A stretch of 58,553 bases of DNA, counting the filler, from Sphacelaria rigidula (lineage: Eukaryota), in the NCBI GenBank assembly GCA_964200075.2. It is 7 parts of 7 records of this genome, joined end to end, with 100 filler letters (N's around TTAATTAATTAA, not from the genome) between each part and the next. Parts side by side here need not be neighbours in the genome. Positions count along the whole stretch, not along the records: positions 33,519 to 41,797 come from CAXNAA020011670.1; positions 41,898 to 50,175 come from CAXNAA020011671.1; 5 more parts are not named here. One strand, written 5' to 3'. Positions 36,670-49,051 of the stretch are shown in pieces. A program made the position numbers and the translations under genes. Numbering within the stretch: position 1 is the stretch's first letter; each line of letters starts with the position of its first letter. A model generated the notes under the pieces. The model did not search any database, was not told where the DNA came from, and saw only the letters and a program-made list of their open reading frames with translations.

Positions 36670-36972
36670 CTCCGCCAGACGCTTGTAACGCCTCCAGCAC
36701 GCCTCGGGTGTCTTATTAAGTTGCTTTGCCACAGGCTTCAGGGCGCCCCTTAGTTGGGGGTTCATATCATACCGTATGGCATGGCCCGACCTACTCCCGT
36801 CATGATAGGCCGCGGATTCTGGCTGGAAGTTGACGACTGCGTCAATCAACATCTGATCCTCCTGGTCGACCCAAGCTCGGTTGACTCTGTGCCACGCGCT
36901 GACCTGCTGAGATTCCTTGGCAGGTTCCACGTCTTGGAAATCCCAGTCGTCTGGATTGGCTAGCTCGGGCAC
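36670..36972 (-). CDS. Myb/SANT-domain protein, internal exon
   Basis: ctcgcag|...GAG|gtatgt, 303 nt, phase 0/0. RAWVDQEDQMLIDAV and VAKQLNKTPEACWRRYKRL match Myb helix 1 (W-x-x-x-E-D-x-x-L) and helices 2-3 (IA-x-x-L-x-RT-x-x-x-C-x-x-R-Y/W). Confidence 0.72.
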
Positions 36973-37504
36973 CTGCGAGGTCTCGAAACCAAGCAGGAAT
37001 TGTTGGGGGAGCGGTAGTCAACATCAGCGAAACCGTAACAGGGTCCAGGTGACCATTTGCAGTGAGATGGGAATATCAGCGTGCAAGCGAAGGAGTTCGT
37101 TTTTCCATGGAAGAGGTTGCGTATCATTTTGACGCGAACCTGCAATATAATGAACGCTGTTGTCGCGGATCAAAAATGCGAATTGAGCCTGTCTTTACAT
37201 TCCGGACGCCACTGGGGAGATGTTCCTCGGACACGGTGTAAACTGCATCCGAACTTCGGTGAGGATCCATAGTTATAGGGACCCACGGACATGACGCCAA
37301 ATACTGAGAGTGCTCCAACAAACTCGGGAGCAGAATGACCATAAGTTGAATGAGATCAACGATGAAGTATGACATCATTAAGAAGATCGCTGAAAGGGCA
37401 AACGATGTGGTCGCTGACGGGTACAACCTTTCCCCTTTTCCCCAAAGTATTGAAAGCCGTGTGAAAACCGAACGCAGGAAGTAGTAACAAATGAGGAAAA
37501 CCAC

Positions 37505-37539
<35 letters not shown>

Positions 37540-37546
37540 TGGTAGT
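37505..37546. repeat. (AGT)n microsatellite
   Basis: Read directly. Confidence 0.9.
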
Positions 37547-39329
37547 ATTTCCGCACATTAGTCCCATCTCTCGAAAACGTGATCATAGACGTAGGCTCGT
37601 CTTTCCAATATCGTCACTGCTATTCCGTACAAGACATGAAGTCCTCATCATTTTCTCTTCGCTCCAGACTAATTACAAAAACAGGAACGATCAGCCAAAA
37701 TATTACCAAAATAAAAATAAGAAGAGAGGCGCCAAGAAAGCGGGTGATAAATAGCTTCCCCGGGTTCATCAGGATGAAGGGAAAACAAACACCAGACCAC
37801 CTAAAAAGCACACCGAGAATATAAGGTAAAGGATTGAGATAGGAAAAGATAGATGGCAAAGGGGATTAGCCAATGGCAAAGGACTGTCGATTTTATCCCC
37901 CAAAATTGAGATCCAGACAGCAAACGATGGAAAATGATCACACAGACACGTTCACCGTTTGAAAGTTGTGTTGTGAAGGTTGAAAAAGGCGATATTTGAT
38001 AGAAACGACGAGAGTTCCCACCGAAAATGTGTGCAGCCTGCTGATTTTCTCGGTAACTATGATACCTATGAAGACCAACCAGCGTAACGTATTGTAGCCA
38101 AAATTGACGGTGGGGATCAGCGAAACACATGGAAACTCCAGCCATGAAAATATTGTTCAAGTGTCAACTCATCTATTTTGTCCGCCATTCGTACTGTCTG
38201 TTCGAGATCTTTCGAACAGTTTCTCCAACCTTTGTGGACAAAAGTGCTGGAGCTCTCACCAGTCCAACGTCTGTTCGGCAACTGATGACCGCAAACCGCG
38301 TGGACCACCGTGTCAAACCTCCTCAGCCATCGCACGACAAAACCCGGCCTGTCTCAACCCATGTTTAATTGTCGAGAGTACCGGGAACCGCGAACTGCCT
38401 AGAAGCCCAACAAAGTCGTCGTCACCTTCACACTCCCACATGTCTTGAACGGCACGAAGTGTCAACAAAACAGCGGGAAAGTCAGATTGCTCGTCTTGTC
38501 CCAGGCTTTCCCATGGAACTGGTCCTTTGCGCTGGTGTTGGAAAACTCGGGAATCGACATATTCGCAACAAGCGATGCCGAGTTTTGGCGTGCTCCTTGT
38601 TTTTCATTCGCAACAAGCGCGGATCCTTCTGGTAGAACAAGACGCACAGCGTCGGATAGATGCAACACCCAGTTCTTCACGGTATCAAGCACACCCTTAT
38701 TGACGTCGTATGTTCCTCATATTTTAGCAGCATGTCTCCAAGTCCATCGTTTGTGCTTCTGTCAACGAGGCCTTCATGAAATTTGTGCGCACCCCATGCA
38801 GCAAGCATGCCTCCAAGTCCACCGTATTTTTTCGAAATGCGGCGCAATTACCACAAAACCACCAAACGGGGCGACAAGTGGAGTGTTTTCTTGTTTCAGG
38901 ACAATCGTCCCACCCCGCTTACTAGCGACTACCGTAGTTGAGCCGGGATCGGCAACGATAGCCGTTCACACGCATGATCTCAACGATCGGTATAGGTATT
39001 CTAGCGTATCCCCGTGCCATGTCCCTCTTGATCACAATCTGCCATTTTAGCAAAAGCCACTTGCAATATGCTTCCTCTCTGTATGGTGAAGTCCGTTATG
39101 GAGTGCAAATCGTACCTTTCCAGTGGAAGTGCTCACGGGGAAGAAAACAAATCGCGGTCACAGTTACTGACAAGAGTTTGTCTTTTTTCTTAGTGTTTAA
39201 TTATCCCCGTTTTTCCAAAAGCCTTTGACGCCTACTCGCTCACCACCACAGCCATACTTGAGTGACTCGCCCGTGCACGCCCCCACGCCGTAAACGGGTT
39301 GCCTAGGTCTCATTGAGCCGCTGTACGCC

Positions 39330-40340
39330 ACGGCGGTGGAAAGAGCCCTCACCATTCTACCAGGCAACTCAAGGGTGCCGAAGGGCATTCTTTATCCGCT
39401 CATCGAGCCCTACGGTGTTGGTCCCCTGCACCCGACAAAAATATGCAAAACTCCAAAGCTCAGATGGACGACAACGGGGAGCTCGACCATATATATGTTC
39501 GACCATGCGAGCTTGGGTACAATTGAACGATATTGATCAGTCTATCAGGGATGCAGGCAGGAATGCCCTTCATCTCCAGTCTTGTCCACCACCCTCTCTG
39601 CAAAAATTGACGTGCTTTTGGAACGTTTCACCGCAGATCCGGCCACCATTCCAGCTTTGATATTTCCTCGTGATGCGCCGAAGAATGAGGGTGGCAACCC
39701 AAAAGAAAAGACCAGGCTGGAAAGAGCGCGACGCCCGGCTTGGGAACTGTCTTCGTACCCGGGTGACGCAGGCGTGGTAGCGGGGTCCCCAGGCGGGCTT
39801 ACAACGTTGATGACTACAAAAATGGTTGTATGACGGGACCTCGTACTGACGGGATGAGAGGACAAGAGAGACATCATGAGTCTATGATCAGTACCCAACT
39901 CCACGGGGAGCGCACAGCACATCAAGGCGGCAAGCTAGGTACAAGTAGCAGAAATTGCCTATTTCGGCGCTATCCGCGAAGACGAAAGTTTTCCCATCGG
40001 AATCACACACCGCATCAGCGCTGCGTGGGCAAACATCCGAAAGTATAGCTCTCCACTCCAGAACCGACCGTATGCTCAGCTACCGCTCAATACCCGGATG
40101 CTTAAAGCGGACACCGTGGGAACTATACTACACGAAGGCGCAACGTAAACCCTATGCTCAGAGGGCTCAGAGTGCCTGCACACAGCCCACCACAAGCCTG
40201 TACTGGAGCAATTGCCTTCCGCAGGATGGATCGCAGAGGACACAAGACCCTGCCATTCCCAGATGTGCTCGAGATGAGCGAACAAGTGCAAACGTGACGA
40301 AACGGCCGTCCTCCAGCCTCAACTCTGGTCCCGAAGTGAG
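39330..40340 (+). mobile_element. Highly decayed RTE-like LINE reverse transcriptase fragment
   Basis: Recognisable relics in order: MRAWVQLND, QGCRQECPSSP (QGLRQGCxLSP), VLLERFTADP, SYPGDAGVV..SPGGL (YADD region), RMLKADTVGTILH, LHTAHHK. Confidence 0.72.
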
Positions 40341-41087
40341 ACGGAAAGTGATACCCGAACTTCACTGCATGCTTTATCAACACTAGCCCTCAGCACCACG
40401 CTGCAGTCACAGAGCCTCCATGTGATTCCCCTCTGGACAAACCCCGACGGAAACGAATGCAGAAAAACTCCTGTGCTGTGCGGTAATGAAGTGAATGTTA
40501 CTGCCACTGCGGCTACCGCTGCTTGTGCAGCACATGACTGTCACGTAATACATAACAGCGTAGCAGGGCTCCATGTGACGCATAATGATCGGTGGGAGCT
40601 ATACGCGAGCTGCGTCCATTGACGAATTATTGGGCTGAAGCAATCTTCCGGTTGGAAGGGGTAAGGCTGCGTGCTCGCTATCCGTGCTCTGTCGGTGGCC
40701 TGTTCCATTCCCTGCTGGGTCTGAGTTGGAGTTAATGATTCGTCCTAGATTTATAGTTTCAAACACGGAGCCCGGTGGTCCAAAGATCTATTTGTGGTGA
40801 GGATCGCAGATTGCGGGTTTGAATTGCGACGGATATACAGCCTCTTCGAGCAGAGTTTGGTTGAGGTGGGTGAGGACACACCTAACGAAGCAAATCGACC
40901 GCGTCGACAGGGAGCGACAGCGCTGATCCAACCCTCGCCAACGATGTGTCAAGTCACGTATCGGGGGAGAGACAGTTCGATACCTTGAGACTGCGGACTC
41001 GTCCCGACAACGAGGTAGGGTTCAAGAACGTATGCGCACCCCAAATCGTACTGAACTAGCAACGTGTGCGCCAAGACTGGAAATGTC

Positions 41088-41225
41088 CATACCCTGGACA
41101 ATAGAATACACGGTAAAAAAATGTACTGCGTACAGTATGGACTCTATTGTCTATTGCAATAGACAATAGATTCCATACTGTACGCAGTACATTTTTTTAC
41201 CGTGTATTCTATTGTCCAGGGTATG
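41088..41225. mobile_element. 138-bp fully palindromic MITE with 8-bp TSD
   Basis: Hairpin centred at 41156/41157 with one mismatch. GAAATGTC at 41080-41087 and 41226-41233. Confidence 0.88.
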
Positions 41226-41591
41226 GAAATGTCAAGGGGCATCATCTCGCAGGCATTTTTCACTCCCCTGTCATCTGGCGATTCCTCGTGACGTCAGTCA
41301 TATCCGCAAACGACTTCCCTCGGGCGGGTTGTTCGATTATTGGTGGTGCCACGGAGAGTAAAGGGTTAGCAGAGTACTCATCAAGATCAGGGGGTATCCA
41401 TCTATCAGAAAGGGTTATTTTTCTGGTCTAGGGAGTGTAGTATCTTTCACGGCAGCTTCGACTTCACACCCAATATCTTTCAATGAGCCCGAGTTTTGCG
41501 CGCGCGTGTGTGTAGGAGGGGGAGGGGAGGTTATTTTTCCGGTCCAGGGAGTGTAGTATCTTTCGGAGCAGGTTTGACTTCACATCCCGTC

Positions 41592-41733
41592 GCCTCGGTG
41601 GCTCAGTTGGTAACCTCGTAACCTTCTGATGGTTGAGTTGTGTGGCGATCTGGGATTTTTTCTTACACCATGCCCAACAGTTGAGAGCGACTACGTCGTG
41701 GGTACACAAAATGCGACCTAACGGTCGACGAGG
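41592..41733 (+). mobile_element. tRNA-derived SINE, copy with A box
   Basis: A box TGGCTCAGTTGG (41599-41610); B box missing. Body atgcccaacag..gagagcgact..cgtcgtgggtacacaaaa..aacggtcgacgag is shared with 1838-1978. Confidence 0.65.
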
Positions 41734-42629
41734 GAAAGGGACTCCTGAACCCCTCTCGCGATAAGAACATGAGGCAAGCACCGCAGAAGGAAGGTGGNNN
41801 NNNNNNNNNNNNNNNNNNNNNNNNNNNNNNNNNNNNNNNNNTTAATTAATTAANNNNNNNNNNNNNNNNNNNNNNNNNNNNNNNNNNNNNNNNNNNNCGG
41901 GGAGCGGTTGATTCTCATTTCAAAATACCTTCTCATTTTTCTGACAACCCTGTTTGTTGTTGAATGCCTTTTTTACATCCAGCACATCCGACCAGTCCAA
42001 GTCTTGTAGATCTAACGGGCCGCATTTGCAGGAAAGAGCAAAAGGTTCATGTATAGATTCTGCGACAGGCGAACCGGCGTTGTGCAGGTTGATGTGCGTG
42101 GACTCTAACCAAGGGTCTGTCGAGAAGAATTTTTCGGACACGAAGCTCCCCCCCCACCCGCCCCCGTGCCGAAGACTCCCCGAGGGCAATTTTTCGAAAA
42201 ATATCATGATTTTTTAGAAAGGTTACCGTGATTTTTTGTGATTTGTTTTTGTTGTTGTTGAAATTGTTGATAAAAAAGGGATCAACAAATATTGACAAAA
42301 ACCGAAAAGTCTGGCGGGCTTTGCGAGGTTCGTATATTTGCTTCTGATGCTTGCCCGCCCCGTCTTGATGACCTCGGATGTCGGCAACGCTCACACACAT
42401 CTATGTACAATACACGAGCGCACGGTAGCGACAGCCTGTAGCCAAAGTAGCAAGATTATCTCACGCCTCGCCAGGTTTTCCCGGACTACTGGTGGTCGGT
42501 AGTCAAGGCACACGACAAGGAATATGATCCCATAAAAGTAATCATGGTAGGTGCTGAGCTTGGAGGGGCAGGGTGTCCGTCAGCGGTCTCCATTCCAAGG
42601 GTCTCTGTACACCTCAGCTGACCGCATCC

Positions 42630-42976
42630 GCCAACATTATAACATGCCTACCGGCCCATGAGAAATTTGGTACGTGCTGGTAACATGAATGATGCCAGTC
42701 TTTCGAGCGGTTGGTAGTCGCCGAGCGAGGACACACCCAGGACACGGGCGAGGAGCTTCCTCTCTGTCGTTGTTTCTCTTTCTAGTGATATCGTCATCGA
42801 CACGCGTGTACACTGCATTCGTTCGGTGCACCTAGCCACAACTGCTTAACTGCTGCAGACATTCAGGGGGAAGATGGTTTCGCTCCGTGTAGCTGTTTCG
42901 CGTCATCCCTGCAAAAAAAATATGCCACTTTAACCTTATTGTAGAGATCAACCCCAAAATTAGGATCCGCTGTTTA
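42630..42976 (-). repeat. Dispersed repeat, inverted copy of 58143-58470
   Basis: The reverse complement aligns over ~330 bp (acagcggatcc..ttttggggttgatctcta..gtgcaccgaacgaatgc..catgttaccagca). Confidence 0.85.
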
Positions 42977-44896
42977 CTGGAGGTTCTGAAATCACGCATG
43001 TACTTGAAAACAATGTAAGATTGGATTCTGTTCGATGTTCGGATAGATTAAAATCCAACGTGCAACTTTCAATCCGTTTACAATGAATGGCGGTCCGTAG
43101 GGATACCCCGAAATATTTTCTACATTTTTCGGTCCAATTTTTGCCCTTGTTCATCACCCCCAAATCATCCATCCCCAATTGTAAAATCCCGTGTTTCTCA
43201 CCGTACAACGCCGATTGAATAAATGAGGCCCAACTCCTTCATCGCCGGGGTGGGCCATCTGTTACATCGCCATCATTGATTTCACTTAAAAAATAGTGCA
43301 AGAAAGACCTGAATCACCCGCCGCGGCCGTCAAGCTATCAACTGTTCAGGTGTGGGGTCATGAGCGCCATCGTGATGAATGCATATTACATACAAGGTTT
43401 CGTCGGCTCACTTTGCCACGATCAATGAGATCGACAGACAGGGTACATGAGAACCGGTCATCGTTGCTCGCATTGCGTAACGGCACAGGTCATAGTTTTA
43501 GGTGGAGTATTTTCCGCTGTGTGCGTATGGTGACACATGTTCCGGGAGCAGGATATGGAGAAGAGGTTTATTGATGTTTGATAATCGTACCTACAGGAAC
43601 GGTGAAGAAGACGTTTATTGCTGTTTGATAACCGTACGTACAGGAACGGTAAATGACGACCTCCACCGTTGAACAACACGCACGGAGACACGAATTCACG
43701 TTTTCCACCCACAGCAACGAATAGGAAACACCCTACACCGTCGACGAACACACACCCGGGGACACTCGTACCATTCACACGTTGGACAGATCATGATCTA
43801 TCTTAGACAACCTGTCAAAGAACACTCTCAAATCTGTTGTTACAAAACCAAAAAATATGTGACCGCGGAGTCAAAAAAGCGAAAGCGCAACCTTCGTGCA
43901 ACTCGGGGTGCTCGGCGTCCGGCGCTGTGAGGAGCAAACATCGAAAAGGGGGATCAGGTAATCTGGATCATGATCCGGATCAGTATACTGAGAATAAGTA
44001 ATTTCAGACGGATCATGATCCGTCCGACGTGTGGTACCATTAGCCAAATATTATTGCGCCGCCAAATCACCCGAGGACACGAAGACCAGTGTCGCAACCA
44101 TGAGTCCAGTACTATTGGACGGCAAAAACGCCCGGAACCGCAGTGACTATCGACATTTCAAATCCCACATCACAATAATCAGGCAATATCCGCAACGTAA
44201 TAGATATATTATATGATAAACGGAGCATGTGATGAATACAATCGACGAACAGTAGGGACCCATCTCCCTCACAAGACAGTCAACCACGGATCCCACATCA
44301 CTCGTCCTTTTTAACCCTTTTGGAACCCTCCCCTCCTGTCCCCGGGTCGAACGCCTCATTTTGAAAAGCCTTGAAAAAGATGAAAAGAGGGAAACAGAAA
44401 AGGCCGACGGCAACCATTTTGAAAGTAGAAAACCAAAGAAGATCTCTGATCCAGTAGCATACGCGGCGGGTGCAGGATAAGTGTCCTCCCTGGAGAGGTC
44501 GGGTGAGGTTTGTCCAATCATACCACGCAATGGATGAAGTGTGTCCAATTGTATGAATCGACAATAATATTGGAACAAATATGAAACATCCCATAAAAAA
44601 AACATCAATGGGTTCCCGGATCTGGTACGGCACATCGGTAAAAACGAAACCTCCTCTCGTTCCACTTGTCACTCGCACGGGTCTAAAAAATACGCATTGG
44701 GCGAATATTGTTGCGTCTGAGCTGTGAACCATCAACCATTTCTTGCTCAAACACCGTCAATATTGCAAATGATCAATTTTCCATGGTGAGGTCCGAAAGG
44801 GTCAATTTTGAAAACCCTTACACACGAATCCGGCCTATCACACGCCGTCAATTGGGAACGGCATACTCTCCTTCACTGCAACAGCTAATAACAGCG

Positions 44897-46989
44897 TGGA
44901 TCCGTTTTTGAGGGTCAACATTTGGGTGAGGTTCAACTCAAAAACAGTGCTTTCCCTGACCTAAAGTCATGACCAATGAATTTCATATGGGCGACCTCAT
45001 GCCCCCCGACCTCCTTAGAACTACTTTTGGGGGTCGCCCGTCTTCCGTGCCCCCAAAACGTATACGCTAAAGCACCAATTTCGGGCTAAAAACGTCCTGT
45101 TTTTCGCCCCGATATGGAGGCAAAAGGATGCTTTCGCACATAATATTCTCGTGAAATTGAGATCTCAAGATCCAATTGAGAGCGAGCTTTTTATTCAAAC
45201 GGCGGTCACGAGAACCTTCAAATTCTTCCGCGACGGGTTGCAGCACAATGGAGGTATCTCAAACTCTGCTCCCGGTATCCTGTTTTTTTTTTCTATTTTT
45301 CAAGTGTAAGTGATGCCGATTCACCAGATGATGAGACCCGTTGACCGCCAGGTCATGTCTTCCTATGGATCGCGATCACTTTCACTTGAAAAAGTAGTAC
45401 ATAACCAAGAGCCAGCGAATAAACCAGGATACTGGGCGCCGAGTTTGAGATAGCACTAATACGAGGCTAGTCGACCCTTGGAGCAAACCTATTCAAACTT
45501 TGAGTTGGAGTATTTGTTGCTCCGTTCCCCGTCCTCCAACGAAGGCCATGACCGGTCTTGTTGGTACGGCGTTGGGAGGATATTTTCGGCGGGTTTAGGG
45601 TCGGAATCACCTTCAAGGAGTGATACCTCCTCACTACCACCCTTGGCCAAGGCTGTGGTGTGGTACTACAGTTGGGTTAGCGAGGTGCTCATCAGGCACA
45701 CCCACCCCTGTTCTAATGCAGCGGTATAGTATGTCACAACCTGAGTACGGGTGTATCCTGCGTTACAAGCAGTATAATGTGTCAACACCCTGAGTGCGGT
45801 GTGTGCGCGGAGGCAGATGGCACCGCTGTCGAAAGCTGGTACGCACACCCTTGATATGAAGGAGCGTGTGCCGGTGTGTACACTGGCTTCGGCGACAAGA
45901 ATGAAGGAGGACCGGTCGTCGACGGACGGGTTAGGTCTGGTTGAGCCTCCTGGGCGAGACACTTACGACAGACCAGCACCAGAGTGCATAATGAAGAGCA
46001 ATAGACCTAAAGAACTGTTCGTACACAATGCTTGACAAGGATGACTACAAGCTTTTAGACTCGATAAAGTTCTGAAAAAAGATATGGTTCGGGGCAGGTG
46101 AGCAGTGAACCCAACTCGTCCAGAACGTGTTTTGGTCGAAATCGGCGTTTTAGGCGACGATTTGAAGTCTGCCAACGCATACTTGGCCTAGGGAAATTTA
46201 TGTACCCTCCTCGCCCGAGGGTCTCGTGCACCTTGAGTCGAGGTTGGGGTTAGGGCTAATGTTAGTGTTAGTTTGTAACATTCCTTGATGTTTCCTACCA
46301 ACCATCATCTATGAACATATTTTTACCTCTCCTCCCTTTGACTGCAAGGGTAGAGGGTAGGTAGGTCACCTGCTGAATCGGCATCAATATTCACGTGAAA
46401 AGAGTATGTGTCATCCAGGTGGACTACCCGCACCGCGGTCGAAGGCTTAACCCTCGTTAGGCTACGTTTTAGAATAGTCGACACAATTTTACAAGTATCT
46501 CGCTACCCCTAACCCTAATCCTAACCCGAACTCCAACTCTACTCACTCCTTGAAGGTGATTCCGGCCCTACACCCGCCGGAAATACCCATCCCACGCCGT
46601 ACCGACAACATCGGCCATGGCTTTCCATGGAGGACGGGGAACGGAGCAACAAATACTCTACTCAAAGTTTGAGTAGGTTTGCTCCAAGGGTCAACTAGCC
46701 TCTTATCATGCTACAACCCAAGGTGTCGTGGAGAAATTTGAAAGGTCCCCGTGACCGCTGTTCGAGTAAACTGGTCGCTCTCAATTGGATCTTGAACTCT
46801 CAATCTCACGAAAACATTGTTATATACGCTTTGGGGGCACGGAAGACGGACAACCCCAAGAGTAGTTCTAGGGAGGTCGGGGGGCATGAGGTCGTCCATT
46901 TGAAATTCATTGACCATGACTTTAGGTCAGGGAAAGCACTGTTTTCGAGTTGAACCTCACCCAAATGTTGAACCTCAAAAATGGATCTA
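44897..46989. mobile_element. Nested foldback/MITE complex
   Basis: Outer TIRs 44897-45065 / 46822-46989. Inner TIRs ~45142-45625 / 46545-46818. A small MITE ~45253-45454 interrupts the left inner arm. Confidence 0.85.
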
Positions 46990-47091
46990 GGTTGTTTAAT
47001 CGTTTCTTTTGCTCAAAGAACTGCATCGTATTGGCTGCAAATTTCATTGTTTGAATCGAATAGAACCGGATACACTTCAGCTTGTGATCTT

Positions 47092-47596
47092 CAGGCCGCT
47101 TCTTTTAGACTGGAAACAAAAAATCTCTCTGAGAACTGCCCTTTTGAACCATTCATAACGGATTATTGGGGGGATACGGACTTTTTGGAAGGTTGGGCCT
47201 CCTCGGAAAGATTTGCTACAATTTTCACGAGGATTACAGCGCGCTTCTCCGATCTTTCGTACGCCCAGTTTTACTTTTGGCCGGATTCTGAGTTTTTCTA
47301 GTCACCCCAAAAAACTTCGAGTTGTCTGGGGAAAGTACGTCTTCTTTCCGACAGCTGGACGATCTTGGGGGCAACTGAAAAAAATCAGGATCTGGTCAAT
47401 GTGAAACTGGGCGTACAATCAATCGGAAAAGTGCGCTAGACTCCTCGTAAATCGTGTAGCAAATATCTCCGAGGAGAACAAACCCGTCAAGGCCCGTATT
47501 TCGCCAAGGCCCGTATCCCCCCAAATATTCCGTGATGAAAGATTCAAAAGGGCATTTCTCAGAGAGAATTTTGTTCAGTCTGTAAGAAGCGGTCTC
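47092..47596. mobile_element. MITE-like imperfect palindrome (~500 bp)
   Basis: ccgcttctt..agactg..aatctctctgagaactgccctttt..ggggggatacgg is mirrored by ccgtatcccccc..aaaagggcatttctcagagagaatt..cagtct..aagaagcgg. Confidence 0.8.
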
Positions 47597-47641
47597 AGGG
47601 AGGAAAACGGTGCTGTCTCCAAAAGTCACAACGCCAACAAA

Positions 47642-47795
47642 TAATGATGCCAGTTCAAGAAAAGGCCCCTGCGTGCAAACCCCATGTTTTGGGAGCACGG
47701 TCCCCGGAAATTTGGGCTGTATAGTAAGCTCCATGTATTTGAACACCCACAAAAAAGAGGACAGGAACAAAAACTGCAACCCCTATCGTAGCACC
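47642..47795 (+). repeat. Dispersed repeat; uninterrupted homologue of the Gypsy insertion site
   Basis: Matches 25695-25815 joined to 31733-31768. A further partial copy lies at 48285-48332. Confidence 0.75.
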
Positions 47796-48849
47796 GCTTG
47801 CTTGTGAATGAGCTTCGGCTGTACTGTTGTTTTTCGCTGCTACTCTTGCACGTCTACGCGATGTTTGTGGTTGGGGTTCGTTTGTACTCTTTCGTTCCTG
47901 CGTGCAGACTCCATGCCCCGGACGAAAAAGCAGTTCGCGGCCCATGATAGAAGGCATCCCGGAAAAAAAGGTCCGCGGCTCATCGTAAAAAAGTGGCATC
48001 GAAAAAGCAGTTCGCGGCTCATGATGAAAGGTGGCATCTTGAACGGTCAAACGAAACCCATCGGAATCCCCAGTCCCACGCAACACAGCGCGGAAAGCTC
48101 GTAGAGTATGGAGTGTTTACAATCCAAACCCTCCGAACGCGAAAAGCAGACCGGAACGCACCTGGAATGCAAACGAGGAACGCACCCGGAATGAAACCTT
48201 CAAAAATCTACTCTGAAATCAACCCCACGCGGGCAGACACGTTCTGTTCTGTACACCGTGTGTGTGACGTGAGAAAGTCCGCGGAAGACTAAAAATGATG
48301 CCGATTCACGAAAAGGCTCCTGCGTGCAAACTCTGTGTGCGGTGTGTGGTGGAGAGGTATAATCTCGGACGCACGATGGGTGCGCACCGCCACACCAGCA
48401 AGGAAACAAACGGCGCGAAAACACCATGCACAACATAGCCCGGAAATACATGCTCCCGAAACCCAAGCAAAACCGGAATGTCTAGCTAAATGAAAGCGAA
48501 GAGGCTGATATGAAAAAACGTGTACTCTGAAATTAGGTAATGTTGCCTTGTCAGAGCTTCAGGAAACGAAATGGTCCCGTTTCGCTGTACTCTAAAATCA
48601 AGTAAGAGGGAATGCTCGCTTCTCAGAGCTTCTGAGAACGACAGAATGATCCCGTTTTGCTGTACTCTGAGAGCAAGTGAAAAAGTGCACCTGTCTGCAG
48701 GGCTCGCCAACGGGAAAAAAAGTAACCTGTGTGATATGTACCGTACAATATTTTTTCGTGAATCGAGCAAAGGGTTGAATGAGAGTGGGTTTCATCATCC
48801 GCTTCAGTTTGACCAATTTCTCACCTTATGTGTTTTCCTTTGCTTGTAG

Positions 48850-49051
48850 CACTGGCGTGTGCTTACAGCTACACGTCGATATCCTACTCAGAGGCTTCAG
48901 TGACGAGCAACTGTACTGCGACCCTGTACAGAAATCGCATTCGGCCTCGCGGAGGATCATCTCGGAACTGAAACGATTCATCCATCAGTTTGCCGCTTCT
49001 CACTCTCAATCGCATCCTCTACTCTCAACCTCACGAGAATATTGTTATGCA
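48850..49051 (+). CDS. Possible isolated exon, unknown product
   Basis: ttttcctttgcttgtag| acceptor and |gtgaga donor bracket an open frame (TGVCLQLHVDILLRGFSDEQLYCDP...REYCYA). No homology recognised. Confidence 0.25.

Noticed and set aside
46244-46530. Telomere or interstitial telomeric array
   Set aside because: Only a few degenerate TTAGGG/CCCTAA units, lying inside a foldback element.
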